Positions 23,532 to 35,480 of a DNA stretch of 64,000 bases are shown piece after piece (positions within the stretch are counted from its first letter, which is position 1; every line of letters begins with the position of its first letter). The position numbers and the translations under genes were made by a program. The DNA is from Epithemia pelagica. Its lineage: Eukaryota; Protista; Bacillariophyta. Under the pieces are notes generated by a model that saw only the letters and a program-made list of their open reading frames with translations, did not search any database and was not told the origin of the DNA. Where the stretch lies: contig OX337238.1 in assembly GCA_946965045.2 (NCBI GenBank), positions 2,790,001-2,854,000 on the forward strand. The letters run 5' to 3'.

Positions 23532-24308
23532 AATTCTCACCGTCTATGGTGGTTAGATTCTACATCTCATCGATTCCCCATGTCACATAGCCTCGTGCTA
23601 TCGCATCATGCCATCTAGCTTCGAGCTATGTTCCCTAGCTTTGCGCTATATCGACCTATATTTCTTCGCAAATCATGAAAAGTGAGAATAGATTGACGAA
23701 CTCACTCTCAAGACTAAACTGGGTCGTGCGGTATTACAACGGACGCAAATTTGGCCGTTGCTCGGACATTATACTAATGCCCTAAGCGTACGCGCCCGAA
23801 ATCATCGAGCGCGCCCAAGCGACATCCGAGCGCTGTCGGCATCTATCCGACCCAACGGTCTAAGTATCCCAAGCACGACACACGATCACGCGAGACCATA
23901 TTTCCATTCCCACAATCTCCAAATTGTCAACAAGCTGCGCGCCATGGAAACAACTATGCCAACCCAAAGCAAGAGCTGTTGACCCTGTATATGTTATCCG
24001 TCCACATATACATGTCATATACATCACATGAATCGACTCCAACTATTCCAAACCTGTTGCCGCCAAGAACCTATGACACATGACCCTTGGCAGGACCGAA
24101 CATTTCACGTAGACCTATCGTAGTAATCAACACACAATCTAACAATATCACCATTTATCACATCTTCTTTTGTGTCCCGACTATCCTTCTGATAGACTTC
24201 GACTTGCTTGCTTCTCTGACCCTGAGAAGCTTGTATCGGTTGGTGACCTACCTGATTGTCTGCTCTACCGAGCATCAATGTCCCTACGATTCAGAAAGAA
24301 TTGTAACA
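23526..24308 (+). repeat. 3' LTR of copia B
   Basis: Direct repeat of 15490-16272. Confidence 0.96.
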
Positions 24309-24313
24309 CTGAT

Positions 24314-27300
24314 CACACCAGGATGACGTTTCTTATGCAAGCTGTCGAGAAGGTACCTGACCTTCACAGAGTTAAAATCCTGGACAACGTTGTCAACACA
24401 AAATCTGGAGCAAAGTCTTTACGTTATCAATCGTACTTCTCCATTTTGATGGACGCAGCATATGACCATGATCAAGTCACGCAATCTTCTGCAACTGGTC
24501 GTCGTCGTAGTGTCAAGCAACACGAGCAACACGAAACACAACATGATATTGAGGGATCCCTTCAGGAAGATGATGCATATCAGATAAACAATACCAACGT
24601 CCAAGATGATAACACGGCATCTCCAAAAGCCAGTCTTCCTCGTGACCTATGGTTTAAACTTCCTGAGGATGCTCACAAGATGATTGTTGAGTATAACAAG
24701 AACGTGCAAGCTCCTACTCCAAGTCCAAGAAACGTACAGCAACACTCCCTTGACATTGATCCTGAACCTGATCCTGACCCTGGTCAAGATGTTTTCGACG
24801 ACCTGGACAACCTCACATATCCGCAGGATGATTCCGATCCAGCCACCCATCTCATCCATCAAGCAATGACGTCAACCGACCTCAATCATCCAGCTTCTGA
24901 TTTGTCTAATGTTCTATCCAATGCCGCATCCAAGACGAGTAAGAAAGTTAGTTTCAAACAGAAAGAGCACAAGCAGAAGATCCACATGGCTCAGTACATG
25001 TTCTCTCGAAAGTCAACCTATACTGGGAATCAACTCATCGATTGCGGTGCCAATGGTGGTTTAGCCGGAGCTGACATGTGTATCCTTTCCAAGACAGGTC
25101 GTAACATCACGACTGTGGGAATCGACAACCATGAGCTTACTGGTCTCCCTATTGTCACTTGTGCTGCCAAATTTGAAACTAATGACGGGCCAATCGTCGG
25201 CATCTTCAACGAGTATGCATACTATGGAAAAGGACAGTCTATACATGCGCCTTGCCAATTAGAACATTATGGACTATCTGTGGATGAACGTTCTGTCACG
25301 GTGGATGGGAAGCAACGCATCACTACTCTTGATGGACGTGCTTTACCTCTCTGTATCAAGGATGGTCTTGCCTATATTCAGTATTTGGGTGTTCCTTCTG
25401 ATGACGACATGGACAGATCTGCTAAAGTTGATGGCAAACAATGCATCACTATACTTGGTGGACGTGCTATCCCTCTTCACAGCAAAAATGGATTATCATA
25501 CATCCACTCCCTTGGTATCCCCAGTGATGATGACATGGACACATTACCCCACATCATCTTCACGTCACCTGACATCTGGGATCCTGGTGTTTTAGATCAT
25601 TTGCATCCTGCCTCATCACCTGACAGTGCTTCTAACTGGCAACAAGTCAACACTGATGGTAGTATGACGCATCACCCACATGACAATGACAATTATGGGG
25701 AGTACACTGATCGTGATGTCTGTAACCTCACTCACCTTTTGGATTTACCTTACAAACATGGACCTGATACACCTTCCTTCTCCTCACCCCTTATTGGAGA
25801 CTCTTGTTCCACTCTGTACCATCAAGATCACAACATGAGGACTGAGAAGCGTTATCCTACCGTTAAGAAGATGCCTTACGTCATCATAAACGTTTCTGGT
25901 CATCTTCCTCTTCAGATCCTCAATGGTCGCCCACCTGATTTTTCCCAACCCCTTTTCTTCCTTCTCTGCGACAAGGTCTTCTCCTTTACCGAATCTTATG
26001 CACCCTATCTTTGTCCGGATGCCTCTTCAGGGGAGGAGTCACTTCCAAATAAACCCAATGACAAGCAAGCTGACAGCGTTTTCATTTGTAGCAAAGGTGA
26101 AGATCCATCCACACAAATGCCTACGATCAAAAACTGCGACAAAATTTTTGGACAAGCGTTTCCTTACAAACCAGCAGAGGGAAATGGGGAGCAACAACAA
26201 GCATGTATAATCCAACACGTCAATTTAGAACAAGACGCTTTCAAGCAAGAAGCATGTATCAAGAAGTACATTTTCTGCAAACACAATTCCAATATTGACA
26301 AGAAGGTGATCTCATGCAGTCAACTTGTGGAATACAATGGACAGGACAACCAGGAACAGGCAACTGAAGATGTTGTTTTCCAATTCAGAGATGTTGTCAT
26401 ACATCAAGGACCTTCGAGCAGTAACAACAACCCTGACTACAAAGGAAGTCGCTGGAATGTACTTGTCGATTGGGAGACTGGGGAGATGATCTTTGAGCCT
26501 CCAACACCCACCATAACCATTGTCTATGGCAAGAAACATGACCTACTGAATGAACTTGGATGGAAGCATTTCAAGCATTTTGTCAAGATCAGTGAATGCC
26601 TCATTCAAGCTGCTAAACAGCAGTCAAGAATCAAGCAACTGAGTCTTTTTGTCAAGTACAAGTTTGGTTACCCACACGTTCCACAGACACACAAAGAAGC
26701 AATTGTTTTAGACAAGCAACATGGCAAAAACAAGTGGCAAGACACTACCGATTTTGGACCCTCACAGATTCAATCACTCAAGACATTGAAGGATCATGAT
26801 CAAGTTCAAGTCCATCTTGGGAAAATGTTAGATGCACAAGAAGAGTATCACAACAAGATTCAAGTCTATCGTGTGAAACATGATGATAGATGCAAGGCAC
26901 TTCTCGTCACGTGTGAACATTTTACCAAAGAACCAGTTGAGGCAATCTGTCCATGTGCTATTTCCTTTTGCAACTTCCATACTACCATCTACCTTGGGCC
27001 TCTCAATGATATGGATATATGGAGAGCATACATTGGAAATGCATGCAACCTGAAAGCTTTAGCTGGGGAGAAGACCTTGATAGTCGCAAAACAAGAACTC
27101 AAGGAATTATGTCACACCTTGGTTACCTACTACAAGACCTCAAATGGATTCGATTCTTCAGGAGAACGTCAACATGACTGTTTATTTGATGTCTTTCTTG
27201 ATATGGATTTGTCACCAAGTAAAGCAATTCCCAATGTTTGGATGAAGAAAGCACCCGGGGAGAAGAGCTCTGAAGGTATCTGCAACAACTTTACACTCAA

Positions 27301-27580
27301 GAATGATGGATTTATTATCAACTGCCTCAGACGTTTTTATACACCAATCCAGAAGATGTTCTCGGCAAACATTGGAAATTCTCCACATGCTAGACAATGT
27401 TCAAGACCTTCTTCTTCTTCTGGAATGGAAACAATCACAAGAACGACAAAGGAAAATAACAATCCTCACTCGACGAATTGTGGGGAGTGGCAGAATTCTC
27501 ACCAACAACTAGGTTGTGGTGGAATCTACAACTCATCGACTGATGCTAGTATTTTATGGCATCCGATGACATTTTCGTAA
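24314..27580 (+). pseudogene. Remainder of copia A gag-PR fused to an eroded but still open pol
   Basis: Collinear with copia B pol, but the IN core, the YVDD region and RNase H are missing. WGADIGNAY has become WRAYIGNAC. No stop until 27580, inside the 3' LTR. Confidence 0.88.
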
Positions 27581-28196
27581 AAGTGAGAAAAGAATGACGG
27601 CATGCTCGCAGACCTTTTAATTTCGGCCAAGGCATGCTCGCAATGCACGCGTTATGAGCGACCGATCGGATATTAATTATGGCCCAACACGTGCGCGCCC
27701 ATTATTCTCAAGCGCGCGCAATCAATATCCGAGTACGCACCTCCACGACTTAGCCCAACGACCTAAGTAACCGAAGCACAAATCATGATCACCCGAGACC
27801 ATATCTCTATTCCCATAAATCAAAGAATGCAAACAGCAACGCGCCAAGGAAACTACCTATATCATGACAAAGCAAGAGCTGTTGGCATTGGTATATGATA
27901 TACAAGTGCATATACTTCCAATACACAATATCAATGTCTACTCCAACCATACCAGTCCTGTCAGCGCCATGAATATATCAGTCATGCACCCTGACCAGAC
28001 CTGCACACCCACACACACACCGTAGTCCTAAAGCTCACAATCATTAACATTACCATATCATCACGTCTTCAGTGTCCTGACTATCCCTACGATAGAACCC
28101 TTGGGTTTCCTTTGTTCTCTGACCCGTGGAGAACCTTGGTATCAGTTGGTAATCGATTGTGGCTCTTCTAGAGCGTGTATTGATGAATCTCTACTA
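27488..28196 (+). repeat. 3' LTR of copia A
   Basis: Direct repeat of 13186-13894. Confidence 0.95.
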
Positions 28197-28201
28197 ATCG
28201 G

Positions 28202-28936
28202 TACGCACCACCAGCAACCAATGGATGACCTTGCAAAAATTGTCGATCTGCGGCAAGATATGAATGTGCGGCTGTTACCGTCTATAATCGCTATATTGTC
28301 GTGATAGGTGGTTCTCTCTGCGCAAACGATTTGTCGTCGGTTGATATAATCGATACAGCTATCGAAAGCAACCACACTGTGATTTCGGGACCATCCATGA
28401 CAGTTCCGCGGTCTGGTTGTGCATGTGCTGTCATTGGTAATCGCATTTTTGTTGTTGGAGGCTTAAGTTGTTGGACAGCTCTCGCCTCAGTAGAGTACTT
28501 GGAAATTCATGATGCTTCAGGCAATGAGACAATGAACACAGCAAGCACAGTGTTTCCATCCTCTTGTCGTTGGACACGTCATGACAAGCTGAATCTTTCC
28601 ATCCGACGGAGTTTTCATGCAATTGCAGCTGTGGGATCCTGTCTGATTGTTATGGGAGGTACGAGAGCTGGGACCACTGCAGAAGTCTTGGATACTTGTC
28701 GAAACACTGTGTGGACCCTTCCCCTATCAACGTTGTGGCGTTGTTCTTTCAGTGCTGTGGTTCACTCAAGAGGAATTGCAGTGATTAGTGGAAGTTTAAT
28801 TGCTTCTTGTGAGACACTGTCGTTGATTGACAAGAATACGTGGTGTTTTCGTCGACTCACTGAGCAGGTGTCGAGTGCAATGTTTTCAAAACTCCCTGTG
28901 ATCAGAACCTATTACAGTAATGAAGGAGTCGAATGA
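28202..28936 (+). pseudogene. Kelch copy 2, 3' part (frameshift near 28250)
   Basis: RTTSNQW resumes immediately after the TSD; the frame breaks at LSICGKI*; Kelch units continue in ORF 28301-28936. Confidence 0.88.
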
Positions 28937-29011
28937 GCGCAAAGCTGTCCAGTGAGAACCTATAAATTGTGCATGTAGAACACGTTCATAAAAATAGAAA
29001 GAAGAAGTACA

Positions 29012-29843
29012 TTGTGGCAGCAATTCAAACCTGATATGATGGTATGTCTTGGTGGCGGGTCTTCAATGGATGCGGCCAAGTATATTCGGGCCGCGATGTA
29101 CGAACATCCTAAATTGTCGCTGCAGGATGCAGTGGCCCGATTCCTGGAATTGCGACAGCGTACATGTCCTTTCCCGGTCCTGGGATCGAACTTCCACTGT
29201 TCTCGTACCGTTGGACTCCCGACATTGCCATTATTGATTCTAGTTTTTGCGAAAAGTTACCCCCAATCCTGATTGTCTACGCCGGTATCGATACCATTAC
29301 GCATGCTACCGAAACACTTGTGTCGGTTGCGGCCAATGATTTTACGCAGGATGATAGACTTCGAACACTTCAGCTCTTGACTGACAATTTAGTCGGTTCC
29401 TTTGTTACGGGAAACGCCGACGCTCGCGATGCTGTTCATCACGGTGCTACCTTGGCTGGTTTGGCCTTTAGGAACAGTTTTTCGGGCATTGCGCACAGCT
29501 TGGCACACAAAATGGGAGCTGTGTTTCATCTTCCACATGAATTAGCATGTGGTATTATGTTGCCTCACGTGATTCAATTCAACAGTTCGTTGACACCCAC
29601 CCGCATGGGAGTCTTTCCAGGTTATGATTATCCAAAAGTACTGGAACAGTATGCGACCATTGCTCGCCACTTAGGACTACTCCAGCAGGACGGCAAACCG
29701 CATACCAATACGGAACTCATGGAAGCGTACATTGCCAAATTATATGACATGTATGATGCAATGAGTGTTCCCAAAACCTTTTTGGAAGCTTGATGTTCGG
29801 AAGAAGTGTTCTTGGATCAACTTGACGATATTGCACTACAATA
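29012..29843 (+). pseudogene. adhE: Iron-containing alcohol dehydrogenase fragment resembling the ADH domain of bifunctional AdhE
   Basis: CLGGGSSMDAAK, TPDIAIID, GIDTITHATE, GIAHSLAHKMG..FHLPH and PTRMGVFPGYDYP. The PTTSGTGSE motif is missing, there is a frameshift near 29200 and a stop at 29793. Confidence 0.8.
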
Positions 29844-29912
29844 AGAACCCTTTTTTTGACTAAGAACTTGGACTAAAAGTTTAGGATTGCGAAGAATGCA
29901 TCGTGCTGATAG

Positions 29913-30278
29913 TCATAGGAGGAACAAGCCATAACGACGTTGTAGTCGCTCCAACTCCTGAGCAAGTTCTTGACGTTGCTCCTGGAGAGCCGGAAGATTC
30001 TGAAGTCTGTCTCGGAGGACAATTCGTTGTTCATGGAGTTGCTTCTTGGTTTTACGCATCGATTCCTTATCCTGATTGGATCCAATACCAGAGTTGAGAA
30101 GAAAGTTAAGGTTATTGATTTCCTCTTGAACCATTTTAAGCTTCTTGAACGTCTTGTGTAACGCTGTAATTTGATTCTCCAAGACCTCCATCTGTTCTTG
30201 AATATCTTGGACGATTGCGAGAGTGACGTCTTCATCAAGGAGAAGAGTAGCGCTGTTGTTGGAGCGAGTAGAGAGCAT
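29913..30278 (-). CDS. Small predicted coiled-coil protein, possibly the 3' part of a gene starting at 30495
   Basis: ATG start; heptad-like E/Q/L/K-rich sequence; no recognisable family. Confidence 0.4.
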   Translation of the reverse strand: MLSTRSNNSATLLLDEDVTLAIVQDIQEQMEVLENQITALHKTFKKLKMVQEEINNLNFLLNSGIGSNQDKESMRKTKKQLHEQRIVLRDRLQNLPALQEQRQELAQELERLQRRYGLFLL

Positions 30279-30436
30279 GTTTATCGGGTTTGTTGGTTGA
30301 AGCTGGATGCTGTAGAAAGGTTTGGGTTTCTTGTTTTGTGACTACAGATTCAAACCGGAATGAAGAAAGGTCGGCGAATCGTGGTTCCGAATGCGAATCA
30401 CGGCTGTTACTGGTGGTGGGGAAGTGGGGCTCTGTT

Positions 30437-31885
30437 TTATTGGTCCCCGTAGATTTCGTCTGTCCGGTATAGCCGTCCGAGACCGCGTCCACCATATCGC
30501 GAGCCCCGTCCGTACGTTGCGTCTAGGGATAAGATCAGTCTCCTAGCTAGAGTAGTTCCTAGCTTAGTGGAAAAGAGAAGGTTCCGAGCCTTTTGGTATT
30601 CCCAAACTCCCTGCGACTCTACTTGCAACAAGTGTTGTTGCAAATGGTCCTGGTGGTGAGCCTTATTATTGTTCCACAACACAGGGATGGAGGAATGCAT
30701 TGGTACGAGCACAACCATCCGCAAACGATTCCTACGACGACAGTTTCTCCAGGACCAAACGCTGGTCCCCGAAACCGTCCCAACAACAACAAGACAAAGT
30801 AACATGACCAGCACAGCTGATTTCCATTGCGAATTTCTCTCCAGACTGGCGTCGTCGTTGAGAATGGACCGACAGACTGCATCACGATGATGACGACGAC
30901 AAGAATCCAGCCATGCTAGGCCTGTTCTTTGGTAGAGAATCCTCCACATGGTCCACACTTCATACGACAGGCACTGGCAAATTGTCACATAAAATCCATG
31001 CCTCAATTCGTGTTTGATCCAGAGACGAATCGTGACATGGCAATAGTCGTACCATGCCCACTCCTTCATGCCAATTGGTGCTTCTGGAATATGACACTTT
31101 ACTTTCTCCTCGTCCTCGTTGCGGATGCAATTTTGGGAGAGACAATGGTGCAAAAGGCATTGCATGTCGTTGGTATTTTTACAGAGTTGATCGACACGAC
31201 GTGCCTGTTGCAAAATCTCCTGATGAAACCACGATTCCAAATATTGGGGCTCCGAAACGTCGTTCTGGAGGTACTCATTGGCTTGTATTCGTGAAACTGT
31301 CGATCCAGTACCGCTCTTCATGGTTGGAGCATCTGACACAGGAGTTACCTTCCATGATGACGTCCCATTTGCCAAACTCGCCGCACTTTGGTCCTCCACC
31401 ACGACCTTTGAAACGTCTTGTTGTTCCAGATCCACGTCCCAGGACGTGGAGTGTGTCGTGTCTCCGGTATCCGACGACGAGAGAGACGGGGGAGACTCCC
31501 AGTCAATGCATTCTTCTTCATCACGATCCGCATCAAAGACAATGCATTCTTCTTCATCACAATCCGAATCAAAGACAATGCGCTCTTCCTCATCACCATT
31601 ATCTTTTGCAGTGTGGCTGTTCCTGCTTGGGTGACAAGGGGACACTGCCAAAGAAGAATGCGGACTCCAGACATTGGTCATCCAGAATAAGGGCGTTCCC
31701 ACAGGATTATTGTCCTCGTCATGAGAATCAGCAGCAGCATTCTTTCCACGACCAAAGGTGTGGTCGTCCCCCAACAGAGGAGCTGACTGATGTCGTAGCA
31801 GCCGGCGTGGCAGGACCAAGCCGGTAGTTTCCGAATCGTTGTTCTCCTTCTTGTGAATCTGGGCCAGAAAAGGCAAACACGGCAC
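30437..31885 (-). CDS. Unknown protein with an acidic region and one predicted TM helix; may be the 3' half of gene X
   Basis: 482-codon frame overlapping the end of the 567-aa ORF; AVLVMLLCLVVVGTV hydrophobic segment; degenerate paralog at ~54430-55100. Confidence 0.5.
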   Translation of the reverse strand: MPCLPFLAQIHKKENNDSETTGLVLPRRLLRHQSAPLLGDDHTFGRGKNAAADSHDEDNNPVGTPLFWMTNVWSPHSSLAVSPCHPSRNSHTAKDNGDEEERIVFDSDCDEEECIVFDADRDEEECIDWESPPSLSSSDTGDTTHSTSWDVDLEQQDVSKVVVEDQSAASLANGTSSWKVTPVSDAPTMKSGTGSTVSRIQANEYLQNDVSEPQYLESWFHQEILQQARRVDQLCKNTNDMQCLLHHCLSQNCIRNEDEEKVKCHIPEAPIGMKEWAWYDYCHVTIRLWIKHELRHGFYVTICQCLSYEVWTMWRILYQRTGLAWLDSCRRHHRDAVCRSILNDDASLERNSQWKSAVLVMLLCLVVVGTVSGTSVWSWRNCRRRNRLRMVVLVPMHSSIPVLWNNNKAHHQDHLQQHLLQVESQGVWEYQKARNLLFSTKLGTTLARRLILSLDATYGRGSRYGGRGLGRLYRTDEIYGDQ

Positions 31886-33381
31886 GGACGTTTGTGTACC
31901 ATGCCTCGTACAAACGTCACCACTCGTGTCGCTCGTGTCGTATAAACGTCACCACTCGTGTCGCTCGTGTCGCTACTGTCGCTGCTGTTGCAAGTCCAGC
32001 GAATGGATTGGGGGGCCACCACCAAGGAGGAGGATGACGATGAGGAGGACAACGACGACAATGAGGATGAATTCGAATCCAATCGTTGATGGTTTCGACT
32101 GATGGACGACGACAAGATGGTTGTACTGGTAGCACTGTTCGGGACGATCGTGGGTGTCACGTAATTGTCGTTGTTGTTCTTCTTGTTGTCGTTGTTGTTA
32201 GGAGGGTCGTCGTCTTGCAGTTGTGGCTGTTGAATGTCACATTCCCCATCGTGGCCACCTGTATATGGATCATGGTCCAAATGTTGGTCGTTGTCGCCAT
32301 CTCGAACCGAATCCATCACCTCGGGTGGTGGTGGTGGTGGTGAAACTGCGTTGTTCTTGTTGTTGTTGTTTTTGTCGACTTTGGGAGGATCTTGTGGTGG
32401 TGTCTCTTGTAGTTTGTCCTGAATGTTTGCTATTAAGAAAGGAGATGCAGAGGCATTGCGATGGGTGGTGGTTTCCCCCAACTCTCTTCCTCTCATCATC
32501 ATCACCGAGTGCAAAGCCTTGTCGTGTTCTTGTTTTGTCATTCGACACAACCGATCAATCTGGACTTGCTGCTGACGTACCGCCATGCTTCTTGTTGTCG
32601 GTGTTGCTGTTGGTGGTGGTGGTGTGGTGGGAGTGAACCTCTTGGGTCGTCTTTGGGCACGGGTTGTTGGAGTGTTGGTGGGAGCATCTCCTCCTCCTCT
32701 TTCTTCATGGACGATTGCCAAGGATGAAGATCCAGGAGGAGGAACATATGGATCCAGGCAGGGTGGTTGGCAGTCCTCCTGCTGCTGATGGAGTACGAAC
32801 GAGTTGTTGCTGTCGGTAGATTCCGTTCCAGAACAAGTAGTGTCTACATGCCACAAAGAACAAGAGGAAGAAGAACCACAAGAATCCTCCTCCTCAGTGT
32901 TTGCGTGTGGATCTTTTGGCTGCTCTTGTTGTGGTTTGGGGGGTGATTGCTGTCGTTGTTGTTGTTGTTGTTGTGGATTGGAAGAAAAGGAGCAGAACCA
33001 ACACCCATGACAACCACCAGCGTTGTCAACCGGAGGATCGTATTGAAGAAAGGGTTGTCGGCATCGTCGTCGTCGTCGTTTCGAGAGATTGTTGTTGGGA
33101 GTGCTGCTGTGGCTGCTCCTCCTCCAAATCAATTGGACACGTCGTCGACGAGGACGACGCATGGCAGATGATTGGTAACGACCACCACGACAACAACTCC
33201 GACAACACTGATCCTCATCCGGTGGTTTCCATTGGTTGTTTCGTGATGATGTTTGTTGTTGTTGTTGTTGGAGCAAGACGACACTTTGGGTCCAGGCCTG
33301 CCACAAGTTGTAAAAGGCGACATCCTCATCCGGATTGGGCTCCACCACTGCCACGGCAGAACCCTGCGAGGAGCATGTCAT
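31678..33381 (-). CDS. Unknown low-complexity (Q/P/N/S-rich) protein, 'gene X'
   Basis: 567-codon ORF from ATG 33381; paralogs at 1-819 and ~55100-55500. Confidence 0.55.
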   Translation of the reverse strand: MTCSSQGSAVAVVEPNPDEDVAFYNLWQAWTQSVVLLQQQQQQTSSRNNQWKPPDEDQCCRSCCRGGRYQSSAMRRPRRRRVQLIWRRSSHSSTPNNNLSKRRRRRCRQPFLQYDPPVDNAGGCHGCWFCSFSSNPQQQQQQRQQSPPKPQQEQPKDPHANTEEEDSCGSSSSCSLWHVDTTCSGTESTDSNNSFVLHQQQEDCQPPCLDPYVPPPGSSSLAIVHEERGGGDAPTNTPTTRAQRRPKRFTPTTPPPPTATPTTRSMAVRQQQVQIDRLCRMTKQEHDKALHSVMMMRGRELGETTTHRNASASPFLIANIQDKLQETPPQDPPKVDKNNNNKNNAVSPPPPPPEVMDSVRDGDNDQHLDHDPYTGGHDGECDIQQPQLQDDDPPNNNDNKKNNNDNYVTPTIVPNSATSTTILSSSISRNHQRLDSNSSSLSSLSSSSSSSSLVVAPQSIRWTCNSSDSSDTSDTSGDVYTTRATRVVTFVRGMVHKRPCRVCLFWPRFTRRRTTIRKLPAWSCHAGCYDISQLLCWGTTTPLVVERMLLLILMTRTIILWERPYSG

Positions 33382-34839
33382 GGTAGATTCAACACAAACA
33401 GAAATGAGGATGCGTGTTGTAAGGTGGAAGGAACCCTTGCCTTTGTACAGTCGGCATCACAGTCATACACTCTCCCTCTTATACAGTTTCTCGTCTATGG
33501 ATCGGTCCATCTCATCCTCTCATCATCGGTTGGCATCCGAGTCCCGAGTCCAAGAAGTACTTTCGCGACCCACGTTCGACAAGGGGTACAGTAAACCCCG
33601 ATTTTGTACTTTAGTACTATTTTCCACTTCTCTTGAAGTCTCATAACCTATTAGAACGTACCTCCAAGGTGCATCATAACCTATTAGAACATGCCTCCAG
33701 CGTGCAACAACAACAGATGCAAAAGCAAAGCGGGTGATAAACTACTACGGATATGAACGAGCACAACAACAGACATGTCAACAACGTGCACTGCTCACTA
33801 CTACTACTACTTATTCCTGGCGGGTTGGTTCATTATTCAACAATCAAACAAGAATCATGAACGGCTGCCCCACCACCTGTGATTAGTTCTTCTTTTTGTT
33901 GTTGCGTCGCGTCGACCGACGAGCAAACAAAGGTGAGTCATCGCTATCATTGCTGTTGTTGTTGTTGTTCCATTTCTTCTTCGTCTTCTGTAACTCATCA
34001 TCCTCTTCACGTTCATGTCGTGAATCAGGGCTCATCAAGTCGAAAGCCTTGAGAAGGCGCTCGTCTTGCATCATGGTGACATCCTGAGAAAATGAGTCCT
34101 TGGTGTACACAACACCATCGTCCGACGACTCGTCAGTTGAGGCTTCTTCTTCTCCTTCTCCTTCGTGAATGGTACCAACCCCGTGGTCCGTGCGTTCAGC
34201 ATCCTTCATCTTGAAGGCAATGACGCTCAACGGGTCTTTGGATTGCATCGAACGGTGACGCTGGTCGAGGTAAACAAGCTTCCAGCAGTCACCGTCGATG
34301 CAAATGGTTCCTGGAACCGATACAACAAAAAGGTAAGTACGTGAAACAGCAGAGACAAGTGTACAACGTGTTTCTCACCTGTGAAGTTGTCCACAGAAAA
34401 CGAAAAAGGCGACGAAGACGACGATGACGACACGACAATGCCATCAGTGGCAACACCATTGAGGACAGCAGTGGTGCCTGAAGCTTGGTCCTTCAGGATT
34501 GCCGTGAGGCAATTTCCATCCGGTTGCTTCTGCTCATCTGCTTGCATGGTTTCCAAAAAGTGAAGAGATGCAACAATCAAACGAAGTGCTTCTCCACCAT
34601 GTGTAGAAGAGCTTGCGTGCGCTTCCCGCCTTGTCCGCAACAAGACTGCACACGTGCTTGACCTGTGGGAACGACGTTCCCACTTTTTGAATATCAACAA
34701 TCATTCCACAATCGGGAATGATGAGAGAGCGAAGCACATGGTGATGCAAGATGCAACAATCAAACAGCGCAGGAGGCCACTCCATCGTCCGCGCCAGCAG
34801 CCAAGGACGAGGACGGCGACGGAACTAACACAACAAACA

Positions 34840-35480
34840 AACTTTGACGACGACGACAACAACCCAATCCACGGACCACGGAGCTGACAGCAAACAACAA
34901 CAACAACAAAACACGCCACGGCGACATCAACAAACAACAACAACAACAAAACACACCACGGCGACATCAACAACACAATCCACGACGCTGACAGGAAACA
35001 ACAACAACAACAACACAACCCGCGACAACAAGCGACAACAACAACGACGACGACAACACAACCCGCGACGAAGACAACAGCAACAACGTCAAGACAAGCC
35101 ATGGCAACAACAACACACCACTGCGACATCAACACACGACAACAACAACACAATCCACGACGCTGACAGGAAACAACAACAACAACACCAACAACACAAC
35201 CCGTGACAACAAGCGACGACAACAACGACGACGACAACACAACCCGCGACAAAGACAACAGCAACAACGTCAAGACAAGCCGTGGCAACAACAACAGTAG
35301 CAACACAAGCCGCGACGACAACAACAACATCAACAACGACAACGCAAGCAACCACGCTGACCTCAAACAACAAGAAGAAGAACGACAACGACACAAGCCA
35401 CGACAACACACGCCCCCGTGGCAGAAGCAACGGAAAAGAACAGGACTGCTGGTGGCGGCAAAAACGACGCAACAACAATG
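34840..35480 (+). repeat. Degenerate (CAA/ACG)-rich tandem repeats inside the Chapaev-like element
   Basis: Recurring units such as CCACGACGCTGACAGGAAACAACAAC and CACGGCGACATCAAC; no long ORF on either strand. Confidence 0.8.

Larger units (their letters stand above)
15490..24308 (+). mobile_element. Ty1/copia (CoDi-like) LTR retrotransposon B, nested in the gag of A
   Basis: 783-bp LTRs (15490-16272 and 23526-24308, ~4 mismatches), TG...CA ends, TSD CTGAT (15485-15489 and 24309-24313), PPT TGTGGGGAG, domain order PR-IN-RT-RH. Confidence 0.97.
13186..28196 (+). mobile_element. Ty1/copia (CoDi-like) LTR retrotransposon A, non-autonomous; contains nested copia B
   Basis: 709-bp LTRs (13186-13894 and 27488-28196, ~8 mismatches by eye), TG...TA ends, 5-bp TSD ATCGG (13181-13185 and 28197-28201), PPT GTGGGGAG before the 3' LTR, gag plus degenerate pol. 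Confidence 0.95.

Noticed and set aside
24170-24313. N-terminus MCPDYPSDRL... of the 1136-aa ORF
   Set aside because: It is copia B 3' LTR sequence that happens to be in frame; the real upstream part is gag at 14503-15489.
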